Translations under genes and position numbers: made by a program
Shown here: positions 16,770-25,377 of the stretch, one piece after another
How the letters are laid out: each line of letters starts with the position of its first letter
Position numbering within the stretch: the stretch's first letter is position 1
From: a bacterium BMS3Bbin05
Lineage (GTDB): Bacteria > Nitrospirota > Thermodesulfovibrionia > Thermodesulfovibrionales > BMS3Bbin05
Assembly: GCA_002897855.1 (NCBI GenBank)
Contig: BDTO01000053.1
Span: 45,205-109,204 of the forward strand
DNA: 64,000 nucleotides
Reading direction: 5' to 3'
The notes under the pieces: generated by a model
Databases searched by the model: none
What the model was told of the DNA's origin: nothing
The model's input: the letters and a program-made list of their open reading frames with translations, nothing else

Positions 16770-18956
16770 CTATCTCCTGAATATCTGCTGAATGATCCTC
16801 TTTCTTGAGGACCGCCTGAGCCATACAATAAGTCCGGCTATGACAATAAGGGCAGGAAGCCCCGCAATGTTAATTGTCTTGATTGTCGTCTTAAGCAGGG
16901 GTGAAGTCTCCCTGAGCGGATTGAAGCGCTGAGATTTAGTACGCATCAGGGCATTTTCTTCCCTGCCGTTCAGATAATCCAGGACATTCATTACAAACTG
17001 TGTGTTCGGGCTCTGGCCGTTTTCATCGAGGACATTGTCTTTGAGTATCTCCGATGTGCCGATGAGGAATATCTTTGCCGGTTTGCCTTTCCTGATCGTA
17101 ACGCCCTTACCGGTAATATTTGACATATCAATACCTGATCGATCTTTTTTGCCATTGTCTTTGACACTGCCTGTTTTTGTATCTTGTTTTGCAGGTATGG
17201 GTTTATCTGCAAAATAACTCGGAAAACTGCCTTCAAGGATATACGCCATCGGCATGCTCCTGAAACTATCACCTGTCTCGGGCGGCCGAAGGAACATCGG
17301 ATTCAGATTTACATTTCCGGATATCTCCCAGGATTTTGCGGATGAAGAGAAAAGCCTGATGGCCTTCAGCCCATTGTCCTTTACCGTTTTCTCAATTACT
17401 TCCACCGGAGATGCCTTCAGCATTACCAGGCCTTTGATGTTATGTAAGATGGGCATCCGGCTGTTTATATTTTTCTGTTTGATAATCGGCGCATAATAAA
17501 CAGACCTCTCTCCACCGCCGAATACCCGGGGAACTGCCTGTTTGTAACAATTTTCATCGAGGACATAGGACTTTTTCACTCTCAACCCGTAATGCTCCAG
17601 CAGTTTCTCGATCCCTGTATTAACCGGCAGGGTTACAGGCCTCCGGCTCATCATCATGCTGCGTTGATTCTGAGATGTTACTTCCCGGAACGGATCCAGA
17701 AAGATGGCCAGGTTCTTTCCCTTCATAAGGAACTGGTCGATCTGGTAGAGTTCATAATCAGAGAATTTCTCCCTGGGCCCGGCAATCATCAGAAAAGGCA
17801 GTCCCACCGGGATGCCCCCCTTCTTTAAATTCACCGGCCTTACACTATAGTCCCTGGAAACGAGCTTGTTAAATGTGCTCAATGAAGCCTTCGGGCCGGG
17901 TTGGCCCGGCATCCGGAATCCTCCGGAGAGGGGATCCGTTCCATGATCGGCCAGGTATCCGATCTCTGCATTTATATTAATGACGTCTTCTATTGTTTCA
18001 TTTATCGACTTTTCGAGGGTATCCATGGCTGTAAGGCGATACTGAGTGCCAAAGAGAGGCAGCCGGAATGCCTGGATGACCTGAAGCCTTTCAGACTTCT
18101 TTCCATGCTCGACTACGATGCCTGCATAGCCCTTGTCGGCGCTTATCCTGTTTCCCTTCCTGTCGGTAAATGCCCTCCACTGGAGCGATAATATCTTATC
18201 TCTTACGGCTGTTTTTGCTGCTGCCCTGTCCGTGCTGGGATCAAGATATAAAAAAGATATTTTACCGTAGTTCTTTTCATTTATTTTTTTTACGATTCCT
18301 TGAATCTTCCCCGGCAGACCGGAAAGGCCGGGCAGATTCATATAAGGCGCCACTGCCTGTAACGAGGAAGAGAGGAACAGTTTCACAGAGATGTTGTCCT
18401 TCAGGCGAAGAAGTGCGCTTATCTTGTTATTCATTTTTCTTATGGCAGACGTGATCCTGTATTCGAGTCCGTCAGTGGATGTAATTGTAGGAATGGCCTC
18501 GATGATGTCACCATGGATGAGTGCTATGCCCATGAGCGCCTTCTTGAATTTGACTTCGTCCTGCTCCAGCACCTTTATCTGGACCGGCTGAATTCCGTAA
18601 CTGCCTGCGAGTTCCCGGTTTTTGGCCGACGCCTCATCTTCCTTTCCGGAAACATTGTAGAACTGGTAATTGAAGTAACGGTTTCCGGCGATACCATACT
18701 CATCGAGCAGGTCGTGGAGATAACGTTCTATATTGTTGTATGGAGCCGGGAGATCGTTTGTAAAAAAGACCTTGACGGTAAGCGGTTCGGAAAGGGTGGA
18801 GACAACATCCCTGCTCTCCTTTGAAAGAGAATAAATCTTGTTTGCAGTCAGGTCCGCCCTGAAGAACATGGTTATTCCGGCGATATTAATAAGAACAACC
18901 ACGGCCATATACATAATAAATTTATAATATCTGCCTGTGTTAACCGCTTTCTTCAT
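16770..18956 (-). CDS. GldG-like ABC-transporter auxiliary protein
   Basis: Start re-set to ATG 18956 (AAGGAG 6 nt upstream). N- and C-terminal TM segments flank a large extracytoplasmic domain. It follows the ABC-2 permease and ATPase, as in gldA/F/G-type operons. Confidence 0.75.
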   Translation of the reverse strand: MKKAVNTGRYYKFIMYMAVVVLINIAGITMFFRADLTANKIYSLSKESRDVVSTLSEPLTVKVFFTNDLPAPYNNIERYLHDLLDEYGIAGNRYFNYQFYNVSGKEDEASAKNRELAGSYGIQPVQIKVLEQDEVKFKKALMGIALIHGDIIEAIPTITSTDGLEYRITSAIRKMNNKISALLRLKDNISVKLFLSSSLQAVAPYMNLPGLSGLPGKIQGIVKKINEKNYGKISFLYLDPSTDRAAAKTAVRDKILSLQWRAFTDRKGNRISADKGYAGIVVEHGKKSERLQVIQAFRLPLFGTQYRLTAMDTLEKSINETIEDVININAEIGYLADHGTDPLSGGFRMPGQPGPKASLSTFNKLVSRDYSVRPVNLKKGGIPVGLPFLMIAGPREKFSDYELYQIDQFLMKGKNLAIFLDPFREVTSQNQRSMMMSRRPVTLPVNTGIEKLLEHYGLRVKKSYVLDENCYKQAVPRVFGGGERSVYYAPIIKQKNINSRMPILHNIKGLVMLKASPVEVIEKTVKDNGLKAIRLFSSSAKSWEISGNVNLNPMFLRPPETGDSFRSMPMAYILEGSFPSYFADKPIPAKQDTKTGSVKDNGKKDRSGIDMSNITGKGVTIRKGKPAKIFLIGTSEILKDNVLDENGQSPNTQFVMNVLDYLNGREENALMRTKSQRFNPLRETSPLLKTTIKTINIAGLPALIVIAGLIVWLRRSSRKRIIQQIFRR

Positions 18957-18966
18957 CCACAACTCC

Positions 18967-19671
18967 TTATATTTTCTCCTTAATAACAAGATTCGTGCAG
19001 TAGAGCATGACGAAAACGACACTCAGGAAGTATATAATATCCCGGGAATCGAGTATTCCCCTGGCAATATTCTGAAAATGATAATCTGCGCCGAGATACT
19101 GAAATACATTCAGGACAGGTACCGGAAGGAAAAAGAGCATCTTGTCAATGAGCGTAAGGACAAAACATATGGCCATCCCGATTATTAGTGAAATGATCTG
19201 GTTCCGTGTAAGGGATGATGCAAAGAGCCCTACCGATGAAAATGCGCCTCCCATCAGAACCGCCCCCAAATAGCCACCGATTACGGGTCCCCAGTCAAGG
19301 TCTCCGATAAACGAAATGGTTACCGCGTAAGCAAGGGTAGGCAAAAGCATGATAGCGACGAAAACAGTAGCAGCCAGAAACTTCCCGATGATAATATCGA
19401 GGGATGAAACAGGCATGGTCATTAATAATTCAAATGATCCGGTATTGAACTCCTCTGAAAACAGCCTCATGGTAACCGCCGGAACAATAAATGAAAATAA
19501 TACCGGGAGCAGTGCAAAAAAGATCCTCAACTCCGCCTGGTTATAAATGAAAAACGTTGTGAAGAAAAACCACCCTGCCAATATAAGGAATATGGATATC
19601 ACAATGTATGCTATAGGCGACACGAAGTAACTTTTCAATTCTTTTTTCAGGATATGTGCGACATTATTCAT
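18967..19671 (-). CDS. ABC-2 type transporter permease (GldF-like)
   Basis: 234 aa with about six hydrophobic helices, immediately downstream of the ATPase (1-nt gap). Confidence 0.8.
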   Translation of the reverse strand: MNNVAHILKKELKSYFVSPIAYIVISIFLILAGWFFFTTFFIYNQAELRIFFALLPVLFSFIVPAVTMRLFSEEFNTGSFELLMTMPVSSLDIIIGKFLAATVFVAIMLLPTLAYAVTISFIGDLDWGPVIGGYLGAVLMGGAFSSVGLFASSLTRNQIISLIIGMAICFVLTLIDKMLFFLPVPVLNVFQYLGADYHFQNIARGILDSRDIIYFLSVVFVMLYCTNLVIKEKI

Positions 19672-19672
19672 A

Positions 19673-20608
19673 TCAACTTTCCCTTGTCAGTTCCCTGAAT
19701 ATATTTTCGAGCGTTCTCGTTTCCATATGGAATTCAAGAAGAGGCCAGCCATTGTCCCTTATAACCGAGTAGATATCCGGGCGGACATCTTTTCCGGTAC
19801 TGCATGAAATATAAAAATCGATGATACCATCCCTTGAACCCGTTTGTATTGGTTCCTTTACCCCGGGAATTAACCGGAATGCATCCCTTATAATATCGAA
19901 ATCCGTATGCTGCAGAGAGATATGGACTATATAATCGCTGCCTGCATCCTTCTTCAGTTCGTCTGTCGTGCCGTCCGCAACTATTCGCCCGTGGTTTATT
20001 ATCACAACCCTGTCGCATGCGGCCTCGGCCTCGGTCAGGATATGCGTTGAAAGGATAACCGTTTTTTCTTTTCCTATCCCCTTAATAATCTCCCTTATCT
20101 CAACGATCTGGTTCGGGTCGAGACCTGATGTCGGTTCATCCAGCACCAGTATCTCCGGGTCGCTCATCATTGCGTGTGCCAGCCCGACCCTCTGTTTATA
20201 GCCCTTGGACAACTCATGGATGGATTTGTGCATGACTTCATTAAGGCCGCATAGTCCGGCCAGCTCCCTGATGCGCGATTCCCTGTGACCGCCGTTCAGT
20301 TGCCTTATGTCCGCAACAAAACAGAGATAATCATATACGATCATGTCGGGATAGAGTGGGGCCGATTCAGGCAGGTAACCGATAAACTTTTTTATCTCAA
20401 GGGAGTTGTTATGAATATTAAGATCCTTTACATGGATATTGCCCGATGTGGGTGTCATGTAACAGGTAAGGATGCGGAGAGTTGTCGTCTTGCCGGCGCC
20501 GTTCGGTCCGAGAAGGCCGAGGATCTCACCCTCATTGATATCAAGACTGATATCATCAACTGCACAGACATCACCGTAGTACTTCGTCAGGTTTTCTATA
20601 CGTATCAT
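19673..20608 (-). CDS. ABC transporter ATP-binding protein (GldA-like)
   Basis: Walker A GPNGAGKTT, signature LSKGYKQR, Walker B ILVLDEPTSGLD. Confidence 0.95.
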   Translation of the reverse strand: MIRIENLTKYYGDVCAVDDISLDINEGEILGLLGPNGAGKTTTLRILTCYMTPTSGNIHVKDLNIHNNSLEIKKFIGYLPESAPLYPDMIVYDYLCFVADIRQLNGGHRESRIRELAGLCGLNEVMHKSIHELSKGYKQRVGLAHAMMSDPEILVLDEPTSGLDPNQIVEIREIIKGIGKEKTVILSTHILTEAEAACDRVVIINHGRIVADGTTDELKKDAGSDYIVHISLQHTDFDIIRDAFRLIPGVKEPIQTGSRDGIIDFYISCSTGKDVRPDIYSVIRDNGWPLLEFHMETRTLENIFRELTRES

Positions 20609-20784
20609 TACACGCTCCGATGGTAAAAATTAATCTCCATCCGATGCTCTTTAATTACAAATATCCCCGGGTGGAATGATGGCCGGCAATCATGGAAGAA
20701 TTTATCTATAATTTCGGCAAACCAATCGGGCATTATGCATGCTTATACAGCCATCACCCGCCCTGTACATTTCAAACAAATCAT

Positions 20785-20812
20785 GTTATAACGATGACAC
20801 TCCTGGTGTCAA
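20785..20812 (-). promoter_or_regulatory. candidate sigma70 promoter for the ABC operon
   Basis: The reverse strand reads TTGACA (20812-20807), a 16-nt spacer, then TATAAC (20790-20785), about 175 nt upstream of the ATPase start. Confidence 0.35.
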
Positions 20813-20923
20813 GGGTCAGGGAACCGGGAGTTCCCCCGATTTTTTCAGCCCTGTCATGATTTCCAGGGTCACGGCAACCTTCACAAACTCATTATTACAT
20901 CCCCTTTGAAAAGGCCGGATTCA

Positions 20924-21078
20924 TAACGAGAGTCTGTCCATAAAGTCAGTCTCTCTATCTGTCATTCCGGCAGTCCTTAAGCCGGAATCTATTCTTTTCT
21001 ATAAGTTCCGGATGCCCGATTAAAGACTTCGAGCATGACAGAAACAAGAAACGGCAGTTTATGGACGGACACTAACGA
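20924..21078 (+). mobile_element. MITE-like element copy 2 (143-bp core 20930-21072 flanked by TAACGA on both sides)
   Basis: Same length and orientation as copy 1. By eye, about six internal substitutions plus terminal differences. Termini are GAGTCTGTCCATAAA and TTTATGGACGGACAC. The direct repeat TAACGA lies at 20924-20929 and 21073-21078. Confidence 0.75.
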
Positions 21079-21221
21079 GAGAAAAAAACCTGAGAACCGG
21101 CGGGCCGGACATGCGGATTTTCACCGCATCCGGACATCAGGTTCAACACTATGGAAGTTTTTGAGCATAGCGTGTGCTATAATGAAACATCTGTAGCATT
21201 CCATTGTATTCCACATGAGAA

Positions 21222-21340
21222 ATTGATCTTCCCGGTGGCTCTGTCACCGTGAATCTAATGATGCAGTGAAGATTTTATTATTATATTCGTTCACTTCAAC
21301 CCGTGATAAGGCCACGGGGAATACACCTGCTATCCATTTA
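21222..21340. repeat. intergenic repeat family 2, copy B
   Basis: Same ordered blocks as 11680-11771, plus a ~27-nt insertion carrying the hairpin CCCGTG-n7-CACGGG (21300-21318). It ends 2 nt before ATG 21343. Confidence 0.6.
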
Positions 21341-21360
21341 ATATGAAAGGAGATATTATT

Positions 21361-21789
21361 ATGTCAACTGCAGGCAATGGAGATACAGTAAAGGTTCATT
21401 ATACAGGTAAACTCGATGGCGGATCCGTCTTTGATTCTTCTGTAGGCCGTGAGCCTCTCCAATTCATGCTGGGAAAAGGTCAATTGATTCCCGGCTTTGA
21501 AAATGCTGTAATAGGGATGGAAAAGGGAGAAAAAAAGACAGTAAATGTTCCTGCCGGAGAAGCTTATGGACAGCGAAAGGATGACCTCATGATTACGGTG
21601 GAAAGAACAAAGGTTCCGGATAATATAAAACCCGAACCCGGGCTTGCGGTACAGATACCACAGCAGGATGGCAGTTCCATAAACATGGTTATCACAGGTG
21701 TTAACGACGAAAATATAGTGCTTGATGCAAATCATCCTCTATCAGGAAAAGATCTTACATTTGAAATTGAACTCGTCGAGATAGCCTGA
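21361..21789 (+). CDS. FKBP-type peptidyl-prolyl cis-trans isomerase (SlyD/FkpB-like, with insert-in-flap region)
   Basis: Start re-set to ATG 21361 (AAGGAG 8 nt upstream). VKVHYTGKLDGGSVFDSS...PLQFMLGKGQLIPGFENAVIGM. There is no His-rich tail. Confidence 0.9.
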   Translation: MSTAGNGDTVKVHYTGKLDGGSVFDSSVGREPLQFMLGKGQLIPGFENAVIGMEKGEKKTVNVPAGEAYGQRKDDLMITVERTKVPDNIKPEPGLAVQIPQQDGSSINMVITGVNDENIVLDANHPLSGKDLTFEIELVEIA

Positions 21790-21844
21790 CAATCTCACTT
21801 TTTTCTGCTATCAAAGTCCAGATCAGCATTGGTACTCATATAAA

Positions 21845-21874
21845 AAGCCCTGGTATAAACACATATCAGGGCTT
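21845..21874 (-). terminator. candidate rho-independent terminator for the 21892-22227 gene
   Basis: AAGCCCTG-n14-CAGGGCTT. On the minus strand the stem is followed by TTTTTA. It lies between convergent genes. Confidence 0.45.
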
Positions 21875-21891
21875 CTTCAAAAGAGGTTTTC

Positions 21892-22227
21892 CTATTTGAC
21901 CGGCACAGATGCTTCTTTGCCGCCCTCTTTTGCCGGCAATCTGATAATGTCAGCCACATAGGCAAGAGCCGTACCCACAACCGAACCTGCAACGATACTT
22001 ACGGCTGCTACGCAGAAAAGACCAAGCATTGTACCCACAACAAGAAGCATCCTTACCATAATACCGGGCTCCAATGGTCCGCCGGCAAGCTGCGAGAGTA
22101 AAATAACAGTAGCAGCGCTTCCAAAATAGAACCCCGGCACAATCCCGAACACCACAAATACAATCCCCCCTGAAAGCGCTCCTATTTTCCTTCCTGTTCT
22201 CAGAGTTTTCATTCTTTCTTCAGTCAT
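21892..22227 (-). CDS. small multi-TM membrane protein, paralogue A
   Basis: 111 aa with about three hydrophobic helices. It shares G..PG..(F/L)G.....G.P.EPGI..R.L with the next gene. Confidence 0.6.
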   Translation of the reverse strand: MTEERMKTLRTGRKIGALSGGIVFVVFGIVPGFYFGSAATVILLSQLAGGPLEPGIMVRMLLVVGTMLGLFCVAAVSIVAGSVVGTALAYVADIIRLPAKEGGKEASVPVK

Positions 22228-22261
22228 TTTCTTTTCTCCTTTCAGTTATTTTACTGCTTAA

Positions 22262-22579
22262 CTAACGAAACCTGACGGTTTCCATTACTTTTCTTGCACC
22301 CACCATTGCATCCATGACAGTCCCGATAAGCCAACCGGCAACAGAAGTACTTGCAACAAAGAGAAATCCGGATACCATGACCCCGGTGAGCATCGACACA
22401 GCTACAAGGATTCTCGAAATAATTCCCGGTTCCACCGGAGTACCGAATATAATTCCTGCCAAACCCAAACCCGCTACTCCTCCAAGGAAAGATCCGGGCA
22501 ATAAGCCATAGATAGCAAAGAGTACCAATCCCGTCCCTGCTCCCAGATAAGTCATTTTCTGTGATATTCTTTCTCTCAT
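22262..22579 (-). CDS. small multi-TM membrane protein, paralogue B
   Basis: Start re-set to ATG 22579 (AGGAGG 9 nt upstream). MRERISQKMTYLGAGTGLVLFAIYGLLPGSFLG...TPVEPGIISRIL aligns with paralogue A. Confidence 0.6.
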   Translation of the reverse strand: MRERISQKMTYLGAGTGLVLFAIYGLLPGSFLGGVAGLGLAGIIFGTPVEPGIISRILVAVSMLTGVMVSGFLFVASTSVAGWLIGTVMDAMVGARKVMETVRFR

Positions 22580-22945
22580 CTCTCTTTCCTCCTTTCCACG
22601 TTCTTGCCCTTTATGAAGCAGAATGCGTGCCAAGATACAACTCTCTGATTTTAAAAGATAATACCAACCTGGATTTTTGCAGCCGTGCAAAGTTTTTCGC
22701 ACCGTTGCATACACTCCCTGCCGTCAGGAGCCCATAATAAAAAAATATTTGGTTCTTCTCCAAAATAGTTGAAAACCATGAAGGAGAAAGAAAATAAGTC
22801 GTCATTGTCGTTCCGAATACGATTTTCGGTACAGGAATCAGGAAAAAGACATGAAAAAGTTTTACATTTATATTCTCTGAAGTAAGCGTGAGCTTCGTGT
22901 TCGAGTGGTTTAAACTCTTCTGATTTTTGATATTTTAAAAAACTC

Positions 22946-22974
22946 TTGACATAGAATCTGTTTTCTTATAATAT
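22946..22974 (+). promoter_or_regulatory. candidate sigma70 promoter abutting the trmB-like start
   Basis: TTGACA (22946-22951), a 17-nt spacer, TAATAT (22969-22974); alternatively TATAAT at 22967-22972 with a 15-nt spacer. The ATG is at 22983. Confidence 0.4.
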
Positions 22975-22982
22975 TAACTACC

Positions 22983-23792
22983 ATGGTAGTGAATATTATC
23001 GACAAGCTCATGGATATCGGCCTTTCAGAGTATGAGGCCAGGGCATATGCTGCTCTTCTTGGAAAGAGTCCCGCTACAGCCTACGGACTTGCGAGGGCCT
23101 CCGGTATACCTACATCCAAGATATATGAAATCCTCTCAAGGCTCTCTGAAAAGGGGATTGCCTTTCCCGTCGATGAGAATGGCACAAAGAGATATATCCC
23201 CATGGAGCCGGATGAATTCATAGAGAGCCACAGAAGCAGGGTAGAGACGACATTGGCCGCTCTCAAGGAAAACCTTGCCTCTGTTGGGAATGTAGCAGAC
23301 CTCTCGTATATATGGAATATCAAAGATTACGGATATCTTATAGACAAGGCAGGGAGAATGATTCTTGAGGCAAAAAAGACCCTTCTCATCTCTGTATGGG
23401 AAGACGAGATGGGACGCCTTGAAAAAATTCTTGAAAAAGCGAAAAGCAGAAAAGTGAGGATTGCAGTAATCCATTTCGGAACACCGGAAGTAATAATTGG
23501 ACAGGTCTTTCAGCATCCAATAGAAGATACCATCTATGCTGAAAAGGGCGGCAGAGGGCTTGTGGTTGTGGCTGATTCAAAAGCGGTGCTGATGGGAACA
23601 ATATTCAAAGATGGCAGGGTGGAGGGGGCATGGAGCCTGAACAGAGGATTTGTTACCATGGCTGAAGATTATATAAAACACGATATCTATATGATGAAGA
23701 TCGTAAGACGCTTTGACAGAACCCTCAAAGATCGTTTTGGAGACAGATACGAAGAATTAAGGGATATATTCAGAGACAGGGAGGCAATATGA
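22983..23792 (+). CDS. TrmB-family transcriptional regulator
   Basis: 269 aa. The N-terminal wHTH LSEYEARAYAALLGKSPATAYGLARASGIPTSKIYEILSRLSEKGI is typical of TrmB, followed by a C-terminal effector-type domain. Confidence 0.85.
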   Translation: MVVNIIDKLMDIGLSEYEARAYAALLGKSPATAYGLARASGIPTSKIYEILSRLSEKGIAFPVDENGTKRYIPMEPDEFIESHRSRVETTLAALKENLASVGNVADLSYIWNIKDYGYLIDKAGRMILEAKKTLLISVWEDEMGRLEKILEKAKSRKVRIAVIHFGTPEVIIGQVFQHPIEDTIYAEKGGRGLVVVADSKAVLMGTIFKDGRVEGAWSLNRGFVTMAEDYIKHDIYMMKIVRRFDRTLKDRFGDRYEELRDIFRDREAI

Positions 23793-24640
23793 AGATATAT
23801 ATAGATGGGAAATATTACAGCAGGGCAGATGCACGTATCCCGGTCTTTGACCATGGGCTTCTTTATGGTGACGGAGTTTTTGAAGGTATAAGGATTTACA
23901 ACGGAAATGTATTTCGGCTCAGAGAACATATTGAAAGGCTATATCAGAGTGCAAAGGCCCTTTATCTGAAAATACCCGTGAGCAAGGATGAGATGGAGGA
24001 TGCAGTATTGAGAACTGTGGAAATTAATAAAAAAGCCAATGGATATATTCGTCTTATTGTTACAAGGGGAGAAGGGCCACTGGGTATTGACCCGTTCCAA
24101 TGCAAAAGAGCGACCGTGATAATCATCGTTGCTGACATTCATCTTTATCCTGAGGAATATTATAAAAAGGGTATAGAGATTATCACTGCATCAACAAGAA
24201 GAATGTCGTCGGATTGTCTTGACCCCCGGGTGAAGTCATTAAACTACCTCAACAATGTCCTGGCAAAGATAGAGGCACGGCAGGCGGGCTGCCTGGAAGC
24301 GATAATGCTTAACAGGGATGGATTTGTGGCAGAATGTACAGGAGACAATATCTTCATTGTAAAAGACGGTGAGTTGCTCACTCCTTCATCTTATCACGGT
24401 GCACTTGATGGTATAACAATGAGAACCGTAATGGAAATAGCGGAATCGCTTGGTATCACCACTTGTGAAACCACCCTTACACGTTATGACCTCTACAATG
24501 CAGACGAATGCTTCCTGAGCGGCACAGGCGCTGAGATAGTACCTGTTGTGAAGATAGATGGGAGAGTCACAGGCAGCGGGAGTCCCGGGGCCATTACAAA
24601 AATGATTATGAAAAGATTTATCTTAATAATCCAAATTTAA
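23789..24640 (+). CDS. ilvE: class IV (branched-chain / D-amino-acid) aminotransferase
   Basis: 283 aa. IPVFDHGLLYGDGVFEGIRIYNG and the overall fold-type IV pattern. ATGA overlap with the trmB-like gene. The last ~8 codons appear to be read-through into foreign remnant DNA (see findings). Confidence 0.8.
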   Translation: MKIYIDGKYYSRADARIPVFDHGLLYGDGVFEGIRIYNGNVFRLREHIERLYQSAKALYLKIPVSKDEMEDAVLRTVEINKKANGYIRLIVTRGEGPLGIDPFQCKRATVIIIVADIHLYPEEYYKKGIEIITASTRRMSSDCLDPRVKSLNYLNNVLAKIEARQAGCLEAIMLNRDGFVAECTGDNIFIVKDGELLTPSSYHGALDGITMRTVMEIAESLGITTCETTLTRYDLYNADECFLSGTGAEIVPVVKIDGRVTGSGSPGAITKMIMKRFILIIQI

Positions 24641-24844
24641 TCTATGCCATCTCAGGCCATACCCCTGCAAATACCGGAAATCCGAGGGAGACATTGTAAA
24701 TGGTAAATATATATTTGAGATCGGGGGAAAGAACAAGGATTTTTCACATATCATAAATCTGAAAAATTCTTTTCTGTTAGTGGATAATATTCAAACAGGC
24801 ATAGGAAAGAGAATCACGTATGGTTGTTTGGTTTCTTATACTGA
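24613..24844 (+). pseudogene. decayed 3' remnant of an AAA-ATPase gene of the DUF4143 type
   Basis: Three pieces in three frames. KIYLNNPNLIYAISGHTPANTGNPRETL* runs from 24613. NGKYIFEIGGKNKDFSHIINLKNSFLLVDNIQTGIGKRI runs from 24699. WLFGFLY* is at 24821-24844. From memory, this order and the terminal WLFGFLY are characteristic of the C-terminus of that ATPase family. Confidence 0.55.
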
Positions 24845-24957
24845 GGAAAATCGTTGTGTAGAAGATCATGGCAGCCTTTCAGATATGTAGCTGACGGTGT
24901 ATAAACTATACAAACTTACACCGGAGGGGACAGGGATTATGAAACGGAGGTGGTCAA

Positions 24958-25377
24958 GTGGACAATGATATAAGAAACGAATTTGAAAAAGGTACGGCCA
25001 AACCTTATAATATCTTACCCCACTCGTTCCCCTTTGTGATGCTGGATAAGGTTTTGGATGTAGAAAAAGGCCGAAGGGGAAAAGGGGAAAAACTCGTAAC
25101 CTGTGATGATTACCCGGGAAGGGGAGATATGTTCCCACAGGTATTGCTTCTTGAAGCATCTGCTCAATTGTCGGGGATTGTATCGGGCAGAGAGGAGGGT
25201 GGGTACTTGGCGGGAATGAAGAATATCCATTTCGAAAAGAATGTGATGCCGGGTGATGTTGTCGAGTTCGAATCAGTAATGCAGGGGGTCTTTGGTGGAA
25301 TGTACATCTTCAGGGTATCGGCCAGGGTGGGGAACGAAACTGTGATGAAAGGGGATATATATCTTGCGCTGGCATGA
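24958..25377 (+). CDS. FabZ/FabA-like hotdog-fold protein (atypical active site)
   Basis: 139 aa, GTG start with GGAGGTGG upstream. ILPHSFPFVMLDKVLDVEKG and LLLEASAQ align with FabZ LPHRFPFLLVDRV and LILEAMAQ. The GHFPG histidine segment is replaced by the shorter DDYPGRGDMFPQ. Confidence 0.7.
   Translation: MDNDIRNEFEKGTAKPYNILPHSFPFVMLDKVLDVEKGRRGKGEKLVTCDDYPGRGDMFPQVLLLEASAQLSGIVSGREEGGYLAGMKNIHFEKNVMPGDVVEFESVMQGVFGGMYIFRVSARVGNETVMKGDIYLALA

Noticed and set aside
21105-21133. Imperfect palindrome CCGGACATGCGG-n7-CCGCATCCGG just after MITE copy 2
   Set aside because: No T-run follows on either strand and there is no second occurrence. It is probably incidental.
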